DNA of 63,933 bases, counting the filler, from Octopus bimaculoides (lineage: Eukaryota), in the NCBI RefSeq assembly GCF_001194135.2. It is 6 parts of 6 records of this genome, joined end to end, with 100 filler letters (N's around TTAATTAATTAA, not from the genome) between each part and the next. Parts side by side here need not be neighbours in the genome. Positions count along the whole stretch, not along the records: positions 1 to 20,909 come from NC_068989.1; positions 21,010 to 43,788 come from NC_068991.1; 4 more parts are not named here. The stretch is one strand, 5' to 3'. Shown here piece after piece: positions 12,816-24,975 of the stretch (the first letter of the stretch is position 1; every line of letters starts with the position of its first letter). The position numbers and the translations under genes were made by a program. A model generated the notes under the pieces. It was not told where the DNA came from. It did no database searches and saw only the letters and a program-made list of their open reading frames with translations.

Positions 12816-14090
12816 CAACAACGCAGAGCAATGCACTCAATCATGGGTAAAATATCTGCTATTTGTATTATGGCAACACACTCTTCAATTATAACTGCCT
12901 TGAGTTTGAAAACAGGTAGACTCGTGAGTGTGTGTACATCACTAGTATTAGAATACGCGAGTAAAAAAATCCACGTCCTCTATGTAAGTATAGTGTAATT
13001 CTCCGGTGATTGCTGTTGAGGTTTTCATCATTTGCCTATCTGTTGTCTTCCCTATGTATTCAACCCTATCTTTGGGATTGTGTGTGTCCTTCAACATTTT
13101 GATTTCTGTTTTCTATACAATTTGACGACTTATGAAACCTTTGCTTTACACGCCTAAATTTGGGTCTAATTTCCTTTCTTTCTTACCTTTTCCCAAGGTT
13201 TTGCTTTTTGGAGCAACTTTTCTCTTTCTCTCTAATTCTAAATGTTCTACATCATGAAAACATTATGAGTTATTATTGGGGATTGACATTCAGGTTCCTT
13301 CTCTTCAATTCTTGACAAAGAGGATTTTAAAAGATTTTGCTGATTACTATGACAGAGGACACAGTGACGGGTCGTTCGTTTGTAGAACTAGGTACGGGGT
13401 AATCAGTTGTAAATTTCCCGAACTATAGATGATGATGCTCCTGAAACTGAGGCCTGAAGTTGCTGTCACAGCATCCGCTGTTCAATGCTTCTTTACTTCC
13501 GTTCCTTATTTTTCATTTATCATAATATTTTTAGTTTTTCACGACAAAATGCCATCGAGTGCTGTCATTGCTACAAGTATAACTCCCAGACATTTTATTC
13601 TGCTTTCTCAGTCTTACGGTCTTCTCTGTAGCACGGCCGTCAGATTTCCAAGGTTCTCTTAAATACATATTGCCCTTCGATACTACGAATCAAATGTACC
13701 AGAAAGCCAGTGGTTAACATCGTAGCCGATACCTGTGGCCGTTATCCTTGTGGTCTTTTGGTTCAATTTTTGGAGTGCAAAAGTAAGGACAAGTTTGTAC
13801 TTTCACGTTGTCGTTTCAATCGAAAATCCAGGCAGAAAGTTCGATCGACTGCACCCTGTTGTATGATGAGTATCTGTTTCTATATTCCAGAAAACGCCTC
13901 TGCTGTGTTGAGAGGGATTAAAAGGCTCTGCAGTAAAATTAGCTTGCACATATTGGTGAATTTTTTCCTTGTAAATTCTTGCATATACTGTTTCGACAAT
14001 GAGAGCTTTCGTAGCTTGATATAACTTTCCAAGAAGATCGCATTTTCTTTGACGTCTGATAGCAGAAATTCAGAAAGTGCCATTCTGAAT
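11300..14090 (-). mobile_element. Highly decayed I-clade-like LINE (ORF1 plus APE endonuclease)
   Basis: Minus-strand fragments AEPFNPSQHSRGVF and YKLVLTFALQKL (gag-like ORF1), QWSGIKAN, VPFEITFL and NKRGGIIEK (endonuclease); interrupted by a SINE and (CA)n. Confidence 0.5.
12420..12600 (-). mobile_element. SINE family B
   Basis: GGATGAAAGGCAAATTGACATCGGCACAATTTGAAATCAGAAC is the reverse complement of the family B body. Confidence 0.8.
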
Positions 14091-15324
14091 TTGCTAGTGT
14101 GAAATTCTCTTACCTAATTCAATTTATTTACTTTTACTTGGCGCTGTGCTTGCCAATGTGAATATCATGACTATCGTTAGTGATATTGACAAAAGAAATG
14201 TTAGCATTATTCGTATCTGTTGCGTTTTTATAAAATGTCATTAATTCAATATTTTTTTCTTTTGAAAAATGTGTTTCGTGCTATACAATATGTACTGATT
14301 TTTTTATATGTATATTCTGTGTATAGTTGTTTTGGTTTTGAATTTTATTTTTCGAGTGGCATACCTGGAAACTTTCGTTGTCACTTTTTTTTATTGTATG
14401 CAGAGAAAGGCAAATGTATAATTTGCGAACTCTTGGTAAAAATCTACAATTAATTTAAATCCGAAAATACTGAAAATATTAAACTCCCAATACGCGCAGA
14501 GGTGTTGATAAAACTGGAACTCACCGTATAACGTCTAAATGGAAATATTTCGTCCTAAACTCTGTTAGTAACATTAGCATCTTGGCGACTAAGGAAACAG
14601 AAACGAGTCTGCACAATGAGCATTAACATTATCCGACAGGCGAAATTACTGTATACGTGCATTACATATTGCATTTCAATTAAAATTTACTCCTAAACTA
14701 ACTTATGATATTATAATCAAACTTAAAAAGAAAAGTAAAGTGATAATGAATTATAGAAGATTCATTAAGATTAATCATTAATTCAGTCACATATACAGAC
14801 ATTTGTCTCCTTGAATTACAATTATTATATTTTATAAACACAGATTTATTTTTTTGAAAAACTGTTGGTCCATTAGCTATTTAATGTGTCAATGTGAAAT
14901 CATATTTAAATTTTATTCGATGGAATATTACAGTCAAATCTGTAACGTACTTTGGCAGCTGATAGCAGGAATGTTTTCTACAGATTGCGACAGAAAATCT
15001 CCAGATTCGCCACACGAGATAAACATTTCAAAACTAAAGTTACGGTGTGTACCTGTTCAAACATTGATGGTATCTTAAGACAAAAGGATAAAACATTAAC
15101 TACAAAAAGACACAACTACAACCTGCCTACCATCACTAGTGCTACATTAATGGTTGTGTAGAATGTGAGAGATTTTTCTGTCACACCGCGTATTTGATCG
15201 TAAGGTGTTGAATTATCTCTCTTTTTACTTTCTTTCTCCTTTTCTTTCTTTCTCACCAATCTCCCAAAACACGTATGGCCTCGTACAAAGTACGTCAAAA
15301 ATACTCCTGGATTCACCATTCTTA

Positions 15325-15548
15325 TTTATTTATTGCGCAAAGGGGCTAAACATCAAGGGGACAAACAAGGACGAACAAAGGGAATAAGTCGATTACATCG
15401 ACCCCAGTGCGTAACTGGTACTTAATTTAAGGACCCCGAAAGGTTGAAAGGCAAAGTCAAACCTCAGTGGAATTTGAACTCAGAACGTAACGGCAGACGA
15501 AATACCGCAAAGCATTTCGTCCAGCGTGCTAACGTTTCCGCCAGCTCG
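15325..15548 (-). mobile_element. SINE family B with 19-bp target-site duplication
   Basis: CCTGGATTCACCATTCTTA at 15306-15324 and 15549-15567; complete head to tail. Confidence 0.95.
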
Positions 15549-15921
15549 CCTGGATTCACCATTCTTAATGAACGTTTCCGCTCAAATGCACGGTGTGCAT
15601 CGGTGTTGATCATAATAGAAACGGAAACAAAACACTAAAACATTAGTTACAAAAAGACAGCATTATCATTTGCCTAACTTCCTGAGCGCCACACTAATGG
15701 CCACATAACATACAGGAGGTTTTTCTGTCGCATGTTGTAACATGTATCACATATATATTATCGTATCTCTCCTCTAATTGATAAGCCTTACAATTTTGTC
15801 CCTCGCTCAGCGCAAGCTAAACATGTTTCACCAGAATATTTTACTATAAAGTTTAGCTTTTGTAAACTTGGGTAACTGCTGGTGTAATGTGAGTTTAATG
15901 AGACTATTTCTTTTAAATTTG

Positions 15922-15968
<47 letters not shown>

Positions 15969-16396
15969 CTGCATAATATATCATTTCGCATAAGACTAAG
16001 CAAAATAAACATAGAGCCAGTGTGCTACTGGTGTCATTGGCAGAATATGCTATTTTCGTCATAAGCCAAACTGGTTTCGCTGAACACAGACAGGTAATCA
16101 CTCCCGATTGATATCAGTCTGTCTGTTAGTCCACTCAAAGCTGACCTACGTTTAAGCAGCAACACTCACGAAGTCAAACATGCATGAACTTACTCACAAA
16201 AAGACAATAATAAAAACACCTATTGGGACAAAAACACGTCTCCGCAGCTGTCCTCCTGTCGCCGGACGACACTAGCATGTCAATTACTGGAAAATTTATC
16301 ATCCTTTTCATAATCCCCACTTCTGTGCTTCCAAGTTCTACAATCTCTAAGGGTGGAGATAATTTCAGTAAATCAAGGTTTCATCTATTATCATGT

Positions 16397-16548
<152 letters not shown>

Positions 16549-16667
16549 CTAGGGCTATTACCATATGCAATGGCACACGCTGTAAGGGGACTCTAAAGTC
16601 AAATTATTTCAACAAATATACACACGCATTGAATTCGAGGGATTGAACATAGGAGAAATTCCTTTAA

Positions 16668-16761
16668 AGAATAAGGTTTGGGGTCGATTTGCTAGACTAA
16701 AGGTGGTGCTCCATCATGGCCGCAGTCAAATGACTGAAACAAGTAAAAGAATAAACGAATA
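16668..16761 (+). mobile_element. SINE family A 3' module fragment
   Basis: GGGGTCGATTTGCTAGACTAAAGGTGGTGCTCC...CAAATGACTGAAACAAGTAAAAG. Confidence 0.8.
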
Positions 16762-17003
16762 TAGTTGAATTAAATAGAGTCAAGAAAGGGTATGGTTAGA
16801 CAGCTATTTGATAAACACTACACATCTTTCAATACAACATAGACCAACATATACACAGGATTTAAAGTAAGCAACGATCTACCTGGATAATAAGATCCAG
16901 TTGTATATCTTCAGGTGATTGCTGCCCCGTTAGTAAACCTTTGACTTCGATGCTAACGGATACATCTGACTCGTTTGAATTACGATGTATGTAATTCAAT
17001 TAA

Positions 17004-17455
17004 AGCGTCTATAAAAGCTATATTTGTAAGTTCAAAAATCGCAGAAGAATTTGTTTGTAAGCAGTTTAGCTTACAGTTTAAGCACTATGACAGGTAATCA
17101 CAGGGATGTGAGTACGAGTCACATGACTGGCTGATAACAATTTTTTCTGCAATATAAGGACGTTCTATCCTATTTATGCTATTCAGCATTATTATTATGC
17201 GTTTGAGAATAAAATATTTCAATATCTCTATCTTTCAATACATCTCAACGCTTCTACAAAAAGCAAACTTTGTTTACATACATCGTAATTTCACATATAG
17301 CGTCTATAAAAGCTATATTTATAAGTTCAAAAATCGCAGAAGAATTTATTTGTAGGCAGTTTAGCTTAAAGGTAAAGAACCATGACCGGTAATTACAGGG
17401 ATGTGAGTTCGAATGTCATGACTGGATGCTAACAAATTTTTCTGCAATATAAGGA
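17004..17455. repeat. Direct duplication of a ~157-bp unit
   Basis: 17004-17160 versus 17299-17455 (AGCGTCTATAAAAGCTATATTT...TTTTCTGCAATATAAGGA). Confidence 0.9.
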
Positions 17456-17529
17456 TTTCTAGGTCGGTGAGCATATATGCATGATGAAATATATGCATAC
17501 ATATATATAATCCTACATGCATGTAAAAT

Positions 17530-17705
17530 AATCCCATTTCAAACTTATGGAAGATACTTGGTGCAAATTTCCCGATTTTGTGGGGGAAAAATTTCCAGAA
17601 GAATGGAATAAAATTATGTCAGAAGAATGGCAGAGATTGGTCAAATGCTGTGGACGGAGATGTGCTGAAGTCATTAAGAATAAAGGAATGTACATATCTT
17701 ATTAA
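17530..17705 (+). pseudogene. Tc1-like transposase C-terminal remnant
   Basis: NPISNLWKILG...PEEWNKIMSEEWQRLVKCCGRRCAEVIKNKGMYISY* matches the typical Tc1 ending (NPIENLW...EEW...RRCAAVIKNKG..TKY). Confidence 0.7.
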
Positions 17706-18277
17706 TATATTGATGTGGATTGTAAAAGTTTCTCGCAAAATTACGTTCACTAATTTTATCAATCTTCTAATTTTTAAATAGACATGCTCTTTGGTTACTC
17801 ACACCCTTCCCTTCTCTTTTAAGCAACCTCACAGCTACATACACATACAGGTATATATATACACAGACATAAGGCTAATTCTCAGATAAACTCAAGGCGG
17901 ACTTGGAAGAAAGGAAGCTTGTTAATGATGAGGTCACAATTAGCGACGAAAAGAATTTCACAAACACAATCCATTGATTGTTTAACCAACACATTAAACA
18001 AACGATCAGTTTGTCAGCTGGTTAGATATTTAACCAATTGACTAACAATAAAGACGTGATATTGAACCAGAACGTTTGTTATCATTGGCGTAATAATATG
18101 ACCTCAGCGAAGAAAGTAATTAGTTCTTAAATATTTTGTATGACAAATGCAGTCAGTTGAAATTTCTCTCTTTCTCCCTCCTTCTCACCCCTCTCTCTCT
18201 ATCTATCTATTTATGTCTATTTAACTATCTATCTGTCTATCTATCTCTATGTTTCTCTCATTCTGTGTGCCTTTATT

Positions 18278-18328
<51 letters not shown>

Positions 18329-18630
18329 CGCTCTCTTTCTTTCAAACACACACATACAAACACACACACACACACACAACACATACATTCACATACACGC
18401 ACACACGCGCGCAAACATGGAATGAAGCCAGAGTTCCAATGAAGAAATGATATTCTACACCATCATCTCTTGATAAGTTTTCTACATCAGAATCTGTATA
18501 TTTGCAACATTATCTTGTATCTACAGGGTGCAATGGGTTAATTGTCGCCATATTATATTTTTAATTTCACGCATGCATATTGCTTGTTTTATATTTTGTC
18601 GACTACACAGTATAGTACGGGCAACGTATA

Positions 18631-18661
<31 letters not shown>

Positions 18662-19980
18662 ATGAGGATGCCCAGAGATGTAGTTGTGTGTATTTGTGTG
18701 TGTTGGAGTTTGTACATGTAAGTGGGTATCTATGAATGTATTTGCGACATAATGAAATTTACCATGTGCAACCTAACATGTGGAACAAAGTGGACAGCCA
18801 GTGTATCCAACAGCACCATGACGCAATTCACTCTGCCAGAAATTTGGAAACGACATGTTATACTGCCTGACATTCGCGCCGGAAGCTCCAATACGAACAT
18901 TTCAGAGTGTTTGGGTGCCGATGTGAGGATTGTTCTATCTGAGGACATGTAACGAGAGTGATAAAATATATAGTTTTCTATAGGTACCAAGTTGCTTTTA
19001 CTTCTTTTTATTGAAACCTAGAACGTTCTGGCTCTCAAATCTAATACAAGTAATTTTCTGGGGTAGATTAAATCTTCTAACTGTTTCCCTGAAATTTTTT
19101 TTATTTTTTTTTTATTTTAAAGACCGTCTTCGTCGTTGTTATTTTTGTTGTCACTGAGCGTCACACTGTCTCATCTTTTTCTCGTTAGATAAAGAAATTG
19201 TACTATTTTATGCATTTAATTTTTTTTTATACATTTCCCTTTTGCGTTCGTCCAATTATATAGCATTGCATTGTTTTGTCTTGCCTTAGCGTTGCCGAGC
19301 ATAAATTCACCTTGTAGCGAATACAGATGCTGCAATCGTTATTGTTGTTTCTGTCGTTATATTTTTATTATTGCAACTGCCTTCATTAGAAATATGGAGA
19401 TCTCTACGTATATGAGGCATTGAAATCATTTTTTCTCTTCTCTTCTTTTTAGATTATTAAAAAAAAATTAATTTCTCCTATCTTGGGGAATCTGTCAGAA
19501 AATATAATTAGTAATTTGCTTCATTAACTTTACATTTGCCGTGCTCTACATAATTCAATTGAAAGAGTGAATTTCTCTTGTTAACTGGAAAGTAGAAAAT
19601 ATATTGAAGAGAGGGCGTTGTAACCTGATAGGGCTGAAATTGTGATTAGATGTGAATAAATGCTGAACTGAATAAATACATGATTGGCAATATTGGGGGA
19701 ATAGGAACAGAAGGTATTGGAATGAAAAACAGTCTGAATACGAGAAATAGACAGACATATATACATAACAAAAAGAGAAGCGTGAAATTAAATAAAAAAA
19801 TAATAATACGCAAATAAAAATACAATGATGACTCAATGAGATGAATGGAAGAAAAACTTAAGAATATTTACAACTGAAGTGAAAAGGAAAGAAAATTATG
19901 AATGAAATGGATGGTTGTTAAATAAAAGCAAAAATAAATTGTGTGTGTGAATGTGTGTGTGTGTGTGTGTGTGAATGTGT

Positions 19981-20025
<45 letters not shown>

Positions 20026-20866
20026 TGTGCGTGTGTGTGTGTTGAAAAGTATGAGAAAAGGATAGGTGCTTGGAAGAGAATAGAAACAAAGAAAAGGCAT
20101 AAAAATTAATATAAGACAATCGCAGTCTATTTTAAGCGACATGTTTGTATCTGAAGGATGTTTGTAGAGAGTAATCTAATTTTGAAAGAAAAAAACTACG
20201 ACAAAAAAAAGCATCAGAAAGGAGACAGAGGAGAGAGGACTTGTAGAAAAGATGACTAAACAGCAGAAGGAAGAGATGTAGATTGAGGAAGGAGATGAAG
20301 AAAACAAAGAGTTTTAAAAAATGAATTGATGAATGCAAGAATAAAAATAGATGAAAGCGGGATAGAGTGAGAAAAGAGGAGTTGAGTTAATAGAAAAAAG
20401 ATGAGCAGTTTGTAAAAGTAAGAAGGAGACAAGAAGAGAGAAAGAGAGAGAGAGAGAGGGGGGAAAGAGATGAAGTGGAAGAAGATAGAGAGTGATCGAA
20501 AAACACAGAGATGTATGACGGCATAATTGAACTGATTACTGGGTGTGTCTTTTGTTCGGTGGAACTGAAGAGTTCTCTGCCAATCAAATCTGTAAACTGC
20601 TTTCCATTTCTGTTTCGACCACTTCTCTACACTTACATTTTCTTACATATTTTCCTTTCGGAGAAACACATGACTATCACAATCCCCCGTCTATTTCCTT
20701 CACATCTCAAGTATAATGCCTTTATAAGAACCAACTCAAGCGCGCGCTCTCGCCCCCGCACACACACTCACAAACATGTATATCTATATACATACAAACA
20801 CACACACATATACATATATTCTTTTATTCTTTTATGCGTTTCAGCCCAAGAACTCTGGCCATGCTG

Positions 20867-20909
<43 letters not shown>

Positions 20910-21290
20910 NNNNNNNNNNNNNNNNNNNNNNNNNNNNNNNNNNNNNNNNNNNNTTAATTAATTAANNNNNNNNNNNNNNNNNNNNNNNNNNNNNNNNNNN
21001 NNNNNNNNNTATATATATATATATGGGGTCGATATATCAGGTAGATGATATCAGGAGTTAAATTTACCGCTTGTTCAAAGTGGATATAGAAAAAAATATA
21101 AATAAATAAAATGAATCTATCTAATAGGTAACGGTACACGTTACATCTGAAAGTTCAGTTACGAGTATTTCACAATGGTATGATTAGGCACAATAGTAAT
21201 ATTGCTAGGTTTCTATTTCAAACATCTGAGGTTTTGAAGTTTTAGCTTCAAACTAAAAACTATATATATATACTTAAGACTTTGTTATTA

Positions 21291-21968
21291 TCTAAATATA
21301 GCCACTTCTGACACAGAGAATCGGGAGCCCTTTGGGCATTCTATTTTCCTCGCTGAAAGGGTTCCCAACCCATGGGCAAAAGGGGGTTAGATGATGGGGG
21401 TGTTTTCAAAGGGCTTGCATGTGCAACCTGATCACCTCTGCCGATCAAACTCTCAACCCATGTGCTCCCCTCGTGACACTGATTCTGCAGAACTGGGTTG
21501 GGTGTGAAAATCAACTTCAAAGTATAAATATAGATGTTTTTGAATCAGCAATATTGTGTTCAATCAAGTCCTATTTGGGGTGAAAAATCAATAAACTGAT
21601 TTCTTATGGGGTTTTCCATTTAGTCAGGATTAAAAAAAATCGATAAACCGATTCCTTATAGGATTTCCCAATATTATTGGTTACACCCTATTTTCAACCA
21701 TATCTCTTACCAATTTTGATGTATTTTGTTCAAATTTGATGCCAGCATTACTTTGAAAAGTCGATGAGTGGAAAAAATCGATTAACCGATTCCTTATGGG
21801 ATTACCCAATCAAGTTGTCTGCAGCTCATTTTCACCCAAACGTTTACCAATTTCAACGGATTTCGCCCAAATTTGACGTCGATGTTACTTAGTTTGGTTT
21901 GAAATAAAGAAGTTGATTAACTTAAAAATCCTAACTTAATCCCGGGCAAAGCCGGGCTATGCTGCTAC
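21291..21968 (+). mobile_element. Non-autonomous Helitron-like element
   Basis: A|TCTAAATATA start; 3' GC hairpin CCCGGG-CAAAG-CCGGG at 21941-21956, then CTAC|T (CTAG variant); internal ~140-bp tandem subrepeats (AAAAAATCGAT.AACCGATTCCTTATGG). Confidence 0.65.
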
Positions 21969-21969
21969 T

Positions 21970-22620
21970 ATATATATAAAAAGATAAGGTAGAAAATGCT
22001 AAAATAATTTTATCATGAACTACATTTTAGTACCGGTTTACGTTGTTTAGACTTTTTCAACGAAGTGTAAAATAAGAAAAACAATTAAATTTGCGAAAGA
22101 AATTTAAGTGAAATGTTTTGTAAATATTTCCATAGTCTTCAAATAGGTAAATACTTTCATAGTCTTCAAATAGCCTGTTTCTCCCTCTCTTCTTTTGTGA
22201 ATGCTTGGTAGGTAAGTAATAGTAAATTTGAAGGGATAGTTTATGAGTACAGAGAACTGATGGTTTATGTAGGAGCAGCCGAGGGACGAGAAGAAGAAGT
22301 CTTCTCCTTCTTCTTCTTCTTCTTAAACCATCAATTCTCTGTACTCATAAACTATCCTTTCAAATTTACTACCTACCTACCTACCTACCTACCTTACTAC
22401 ATATCAAGCATTCACAAAGGAAGAGAGAGACAGACAGGCAGATTATCTGGAAGCTATGAAAATATTTACAAAACTCAATTTTTTTTTCTCCAATTTAATT
22501 GTTTTTCTTATTTTACGCTTAGTTGAAAAATCTAAACGACGGAAACCGGTAATAAAATGTAGTTCATGATAAAATTATTTTAGCATTTTCTAACTTGTCT
22601 TTTTTTCCTTATATATATAT
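21970..22620. mobile_element. ~650-bp near-perfect palindrome (foldback) of a repeat with HHR-like motifs
   Basis: Arms pair from the termini (AGAAAATGCTAAAATAATTTTATCATGAACTACATTTTA) inward (GATAGTTTATGAGTACAGAGAA.TGATGGTTTA) around a ~50-nt loop at 22268-22322. Confidence 0.85.
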
Positions 22621-22666
22621 CAAGTTGTGTGTTAGCTTTCTACCTTTTACACGCACGCACATACAC

Positions 22667-22721
<55 letters not shown>

Positions 22722-24006
22722 AATCTATCTATATATATATATATATTCTAACACAAACGATAGTTCTCTTAGTGCACATGTTTTCAATATAAGAAATATA
22801 ATTATAAATCCACTTTCTTTTTTATGCTTACCACTGATTAGGTTTCAGGAAGAATTTCACTTCAATAAACGATTTTAATTAGTGAATAATATAAATTATT
22901 ACCTCTTATAATAACGATTATTAGTTAAAGTATACCGTCTCAAATTTATAATAGAACGTTATTTTTTCTTTTTGTATAAATTCTGCTGCCGACGGTTAGA
23001 AGTTTATATGAATCTATTGTGCAATGATTTAGTTTACAACTTTCAGATTATAATTAATAGAAATAATAGATGTTACTTATCTCAAAGCTGGTTTGCTTCT
23101 TGCTTTACTCTATCGTGAATTCTGATTTTTCTTTGTTTTTGCTGCTTTACGTCATATCTTCAAACTGATGTCAGCATTACTGTGTCGTTAAAGTTTCAAT
23201 TTTAGTTTATGTGTTGCTGAAATGTCGTATCGCGTTGATTCCAACTGTAAGGCAGTTGGACCATGCGTCCTCTACCATAGCCTAGTATCGACCCAAGAAA
23301 TTTGAGTGAATATTGCTGAGGAGAAGTCAGCCTATTTAGCTGTGTCTGTTTACTGAGTGGTATCAGCGGCGATCAGCTGGCTCGTGATTACTTGTGTCCA
23401 CTCTGTTCTAGTGAAACAGACCAAGCGTTTACTCTTTGGATAAAGCCTTCTCCTTGACATGATCGTTCAGTTTCCTAGAAATAGCATCGAAATATTGCTC
23501 AAATCACATCCTTTTTACTCAGGCAAGTACTCGATGAATAAAGTCCTGGATTTACTGCAAATGGGAAAAGAGGGAATAGTCATGGCTGGAAGGCATTGTT
23601 TATAGGACAACCCGATCAGTACTGATCTGTGTTTAATAGCAGCAATAACAACCTTAAAAATGATCCTGAGTTCTAGCATTATTATGACTCTAATAAGGGA
23701 AGCAAATTGTTTAAAATGCTTTCCATTGTTTGTTCTAGATCTTTACGCTCTGAGTTCAAATCTAGTGAACTTTGCCTTTCACCCATTTTAGGAATTATCT
23801 TTTACTTCTTTCGGTCTTTAGAATTCGGTTATGCTGGGGTACGGCCTTGAAGAATTTTTTTAGTCGAAATATTAAAAAAAAATATCCTGATACATTTCCT
23901 ATCTTCTCCTTTGTCGAATCACTAGATTACGGGGGTCGAAAATACACCAAGACCGTCTGTCAACGATCGGTGGGAGATAAACACAGATAGAAAAACAAAC
24001 ACACAA

Positions 24007-24037
<31 letters not shown>

Positions 24038-24042
<5 letters not shown>

Positions 24043-24975
24043 GGTGGTATCAAAATGAGTGCATTGTCGTCGTGAAGGATCTAATTCTTCGTGCTCCACA
24101 GACCCAGTCGCTTTCACCGAATGTCTTCACTCAAACCCTTCAAAGCGTTGCAGTAGAACTCCCTATTAACGGTCTGTTCCTGTGGGACAAATTCTCGATG
24201 CACGATACCGCAGATGTTGAAAAACAAAAACCATGAGCATGCTCTTGATTGAGCTGAGACTCTGTAGGAACTTCTTCGGTCGTAGAGATGAAGGGCTCTT
24301 CCACTGTAACGACTGCTGCATCGTCTCAGGGTCTACCTGTAGACACAACTCTCGTTACGGGTAATGATCTTCAACATGAAGGGTAGGTCATCAGTGGCAC
24401 GCTGAAGGAGATCTTGGCAGAGTTCGACGCGATGTTCTTTCTGCTCAGTGGTCAGCATGCAGGGGACAAACTTGACAGAAACACGCTGCATTCCAATTCA
24501 GACGTTAGGATAGCTTGCACGGACCCATATGATAGACCAACAGCATCAGCAATGTTGTTGATTCCCTTTCGACGGTCCTCATGCGGAAGGTGAGGAATTT
24601 TCTATATATTTCCGGGGGTGACGCTCCTGGGAGATCTTTTAGATTGCTCATTGTCTTCCAGAGACGTTCTTCCGCTTATGGAGTACCCGTAATACTCGAA
24701 ACATTGCGTATGCCCATTCTCACATGCCAAATCATGCTCAATACCTCTGTAGCAGACTTCCCGACGCAAAATTTCTTGTTGAATCATTGTTCCAGCTTCC
24801 TGTCCAAGACAAAATCTCAGACTACAGCACACACCTGATCACAAAACACAAATTTCCCAATGTGTGAAGTAAACATGGCGATGTAACACGGCACACTGCC
24901 TCATGAAAGTCACTGTTAGCTTTCAGTGCACACGCAACTTCGTGCTGCCATCTGTCGGTGCGCTGTGAACATATT
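24038..24975 (-). mobile_element. Second mariner transposon, internally deleted and inactive
   Basis: QCFE...SGRTSLED, DPETMQQSLQWKSPSSLRPKK, GIVHREFVPQEQTVNREFYC, ILHDDNA; frameshifted and truncated after the second Asp. Confidence 0.9.
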
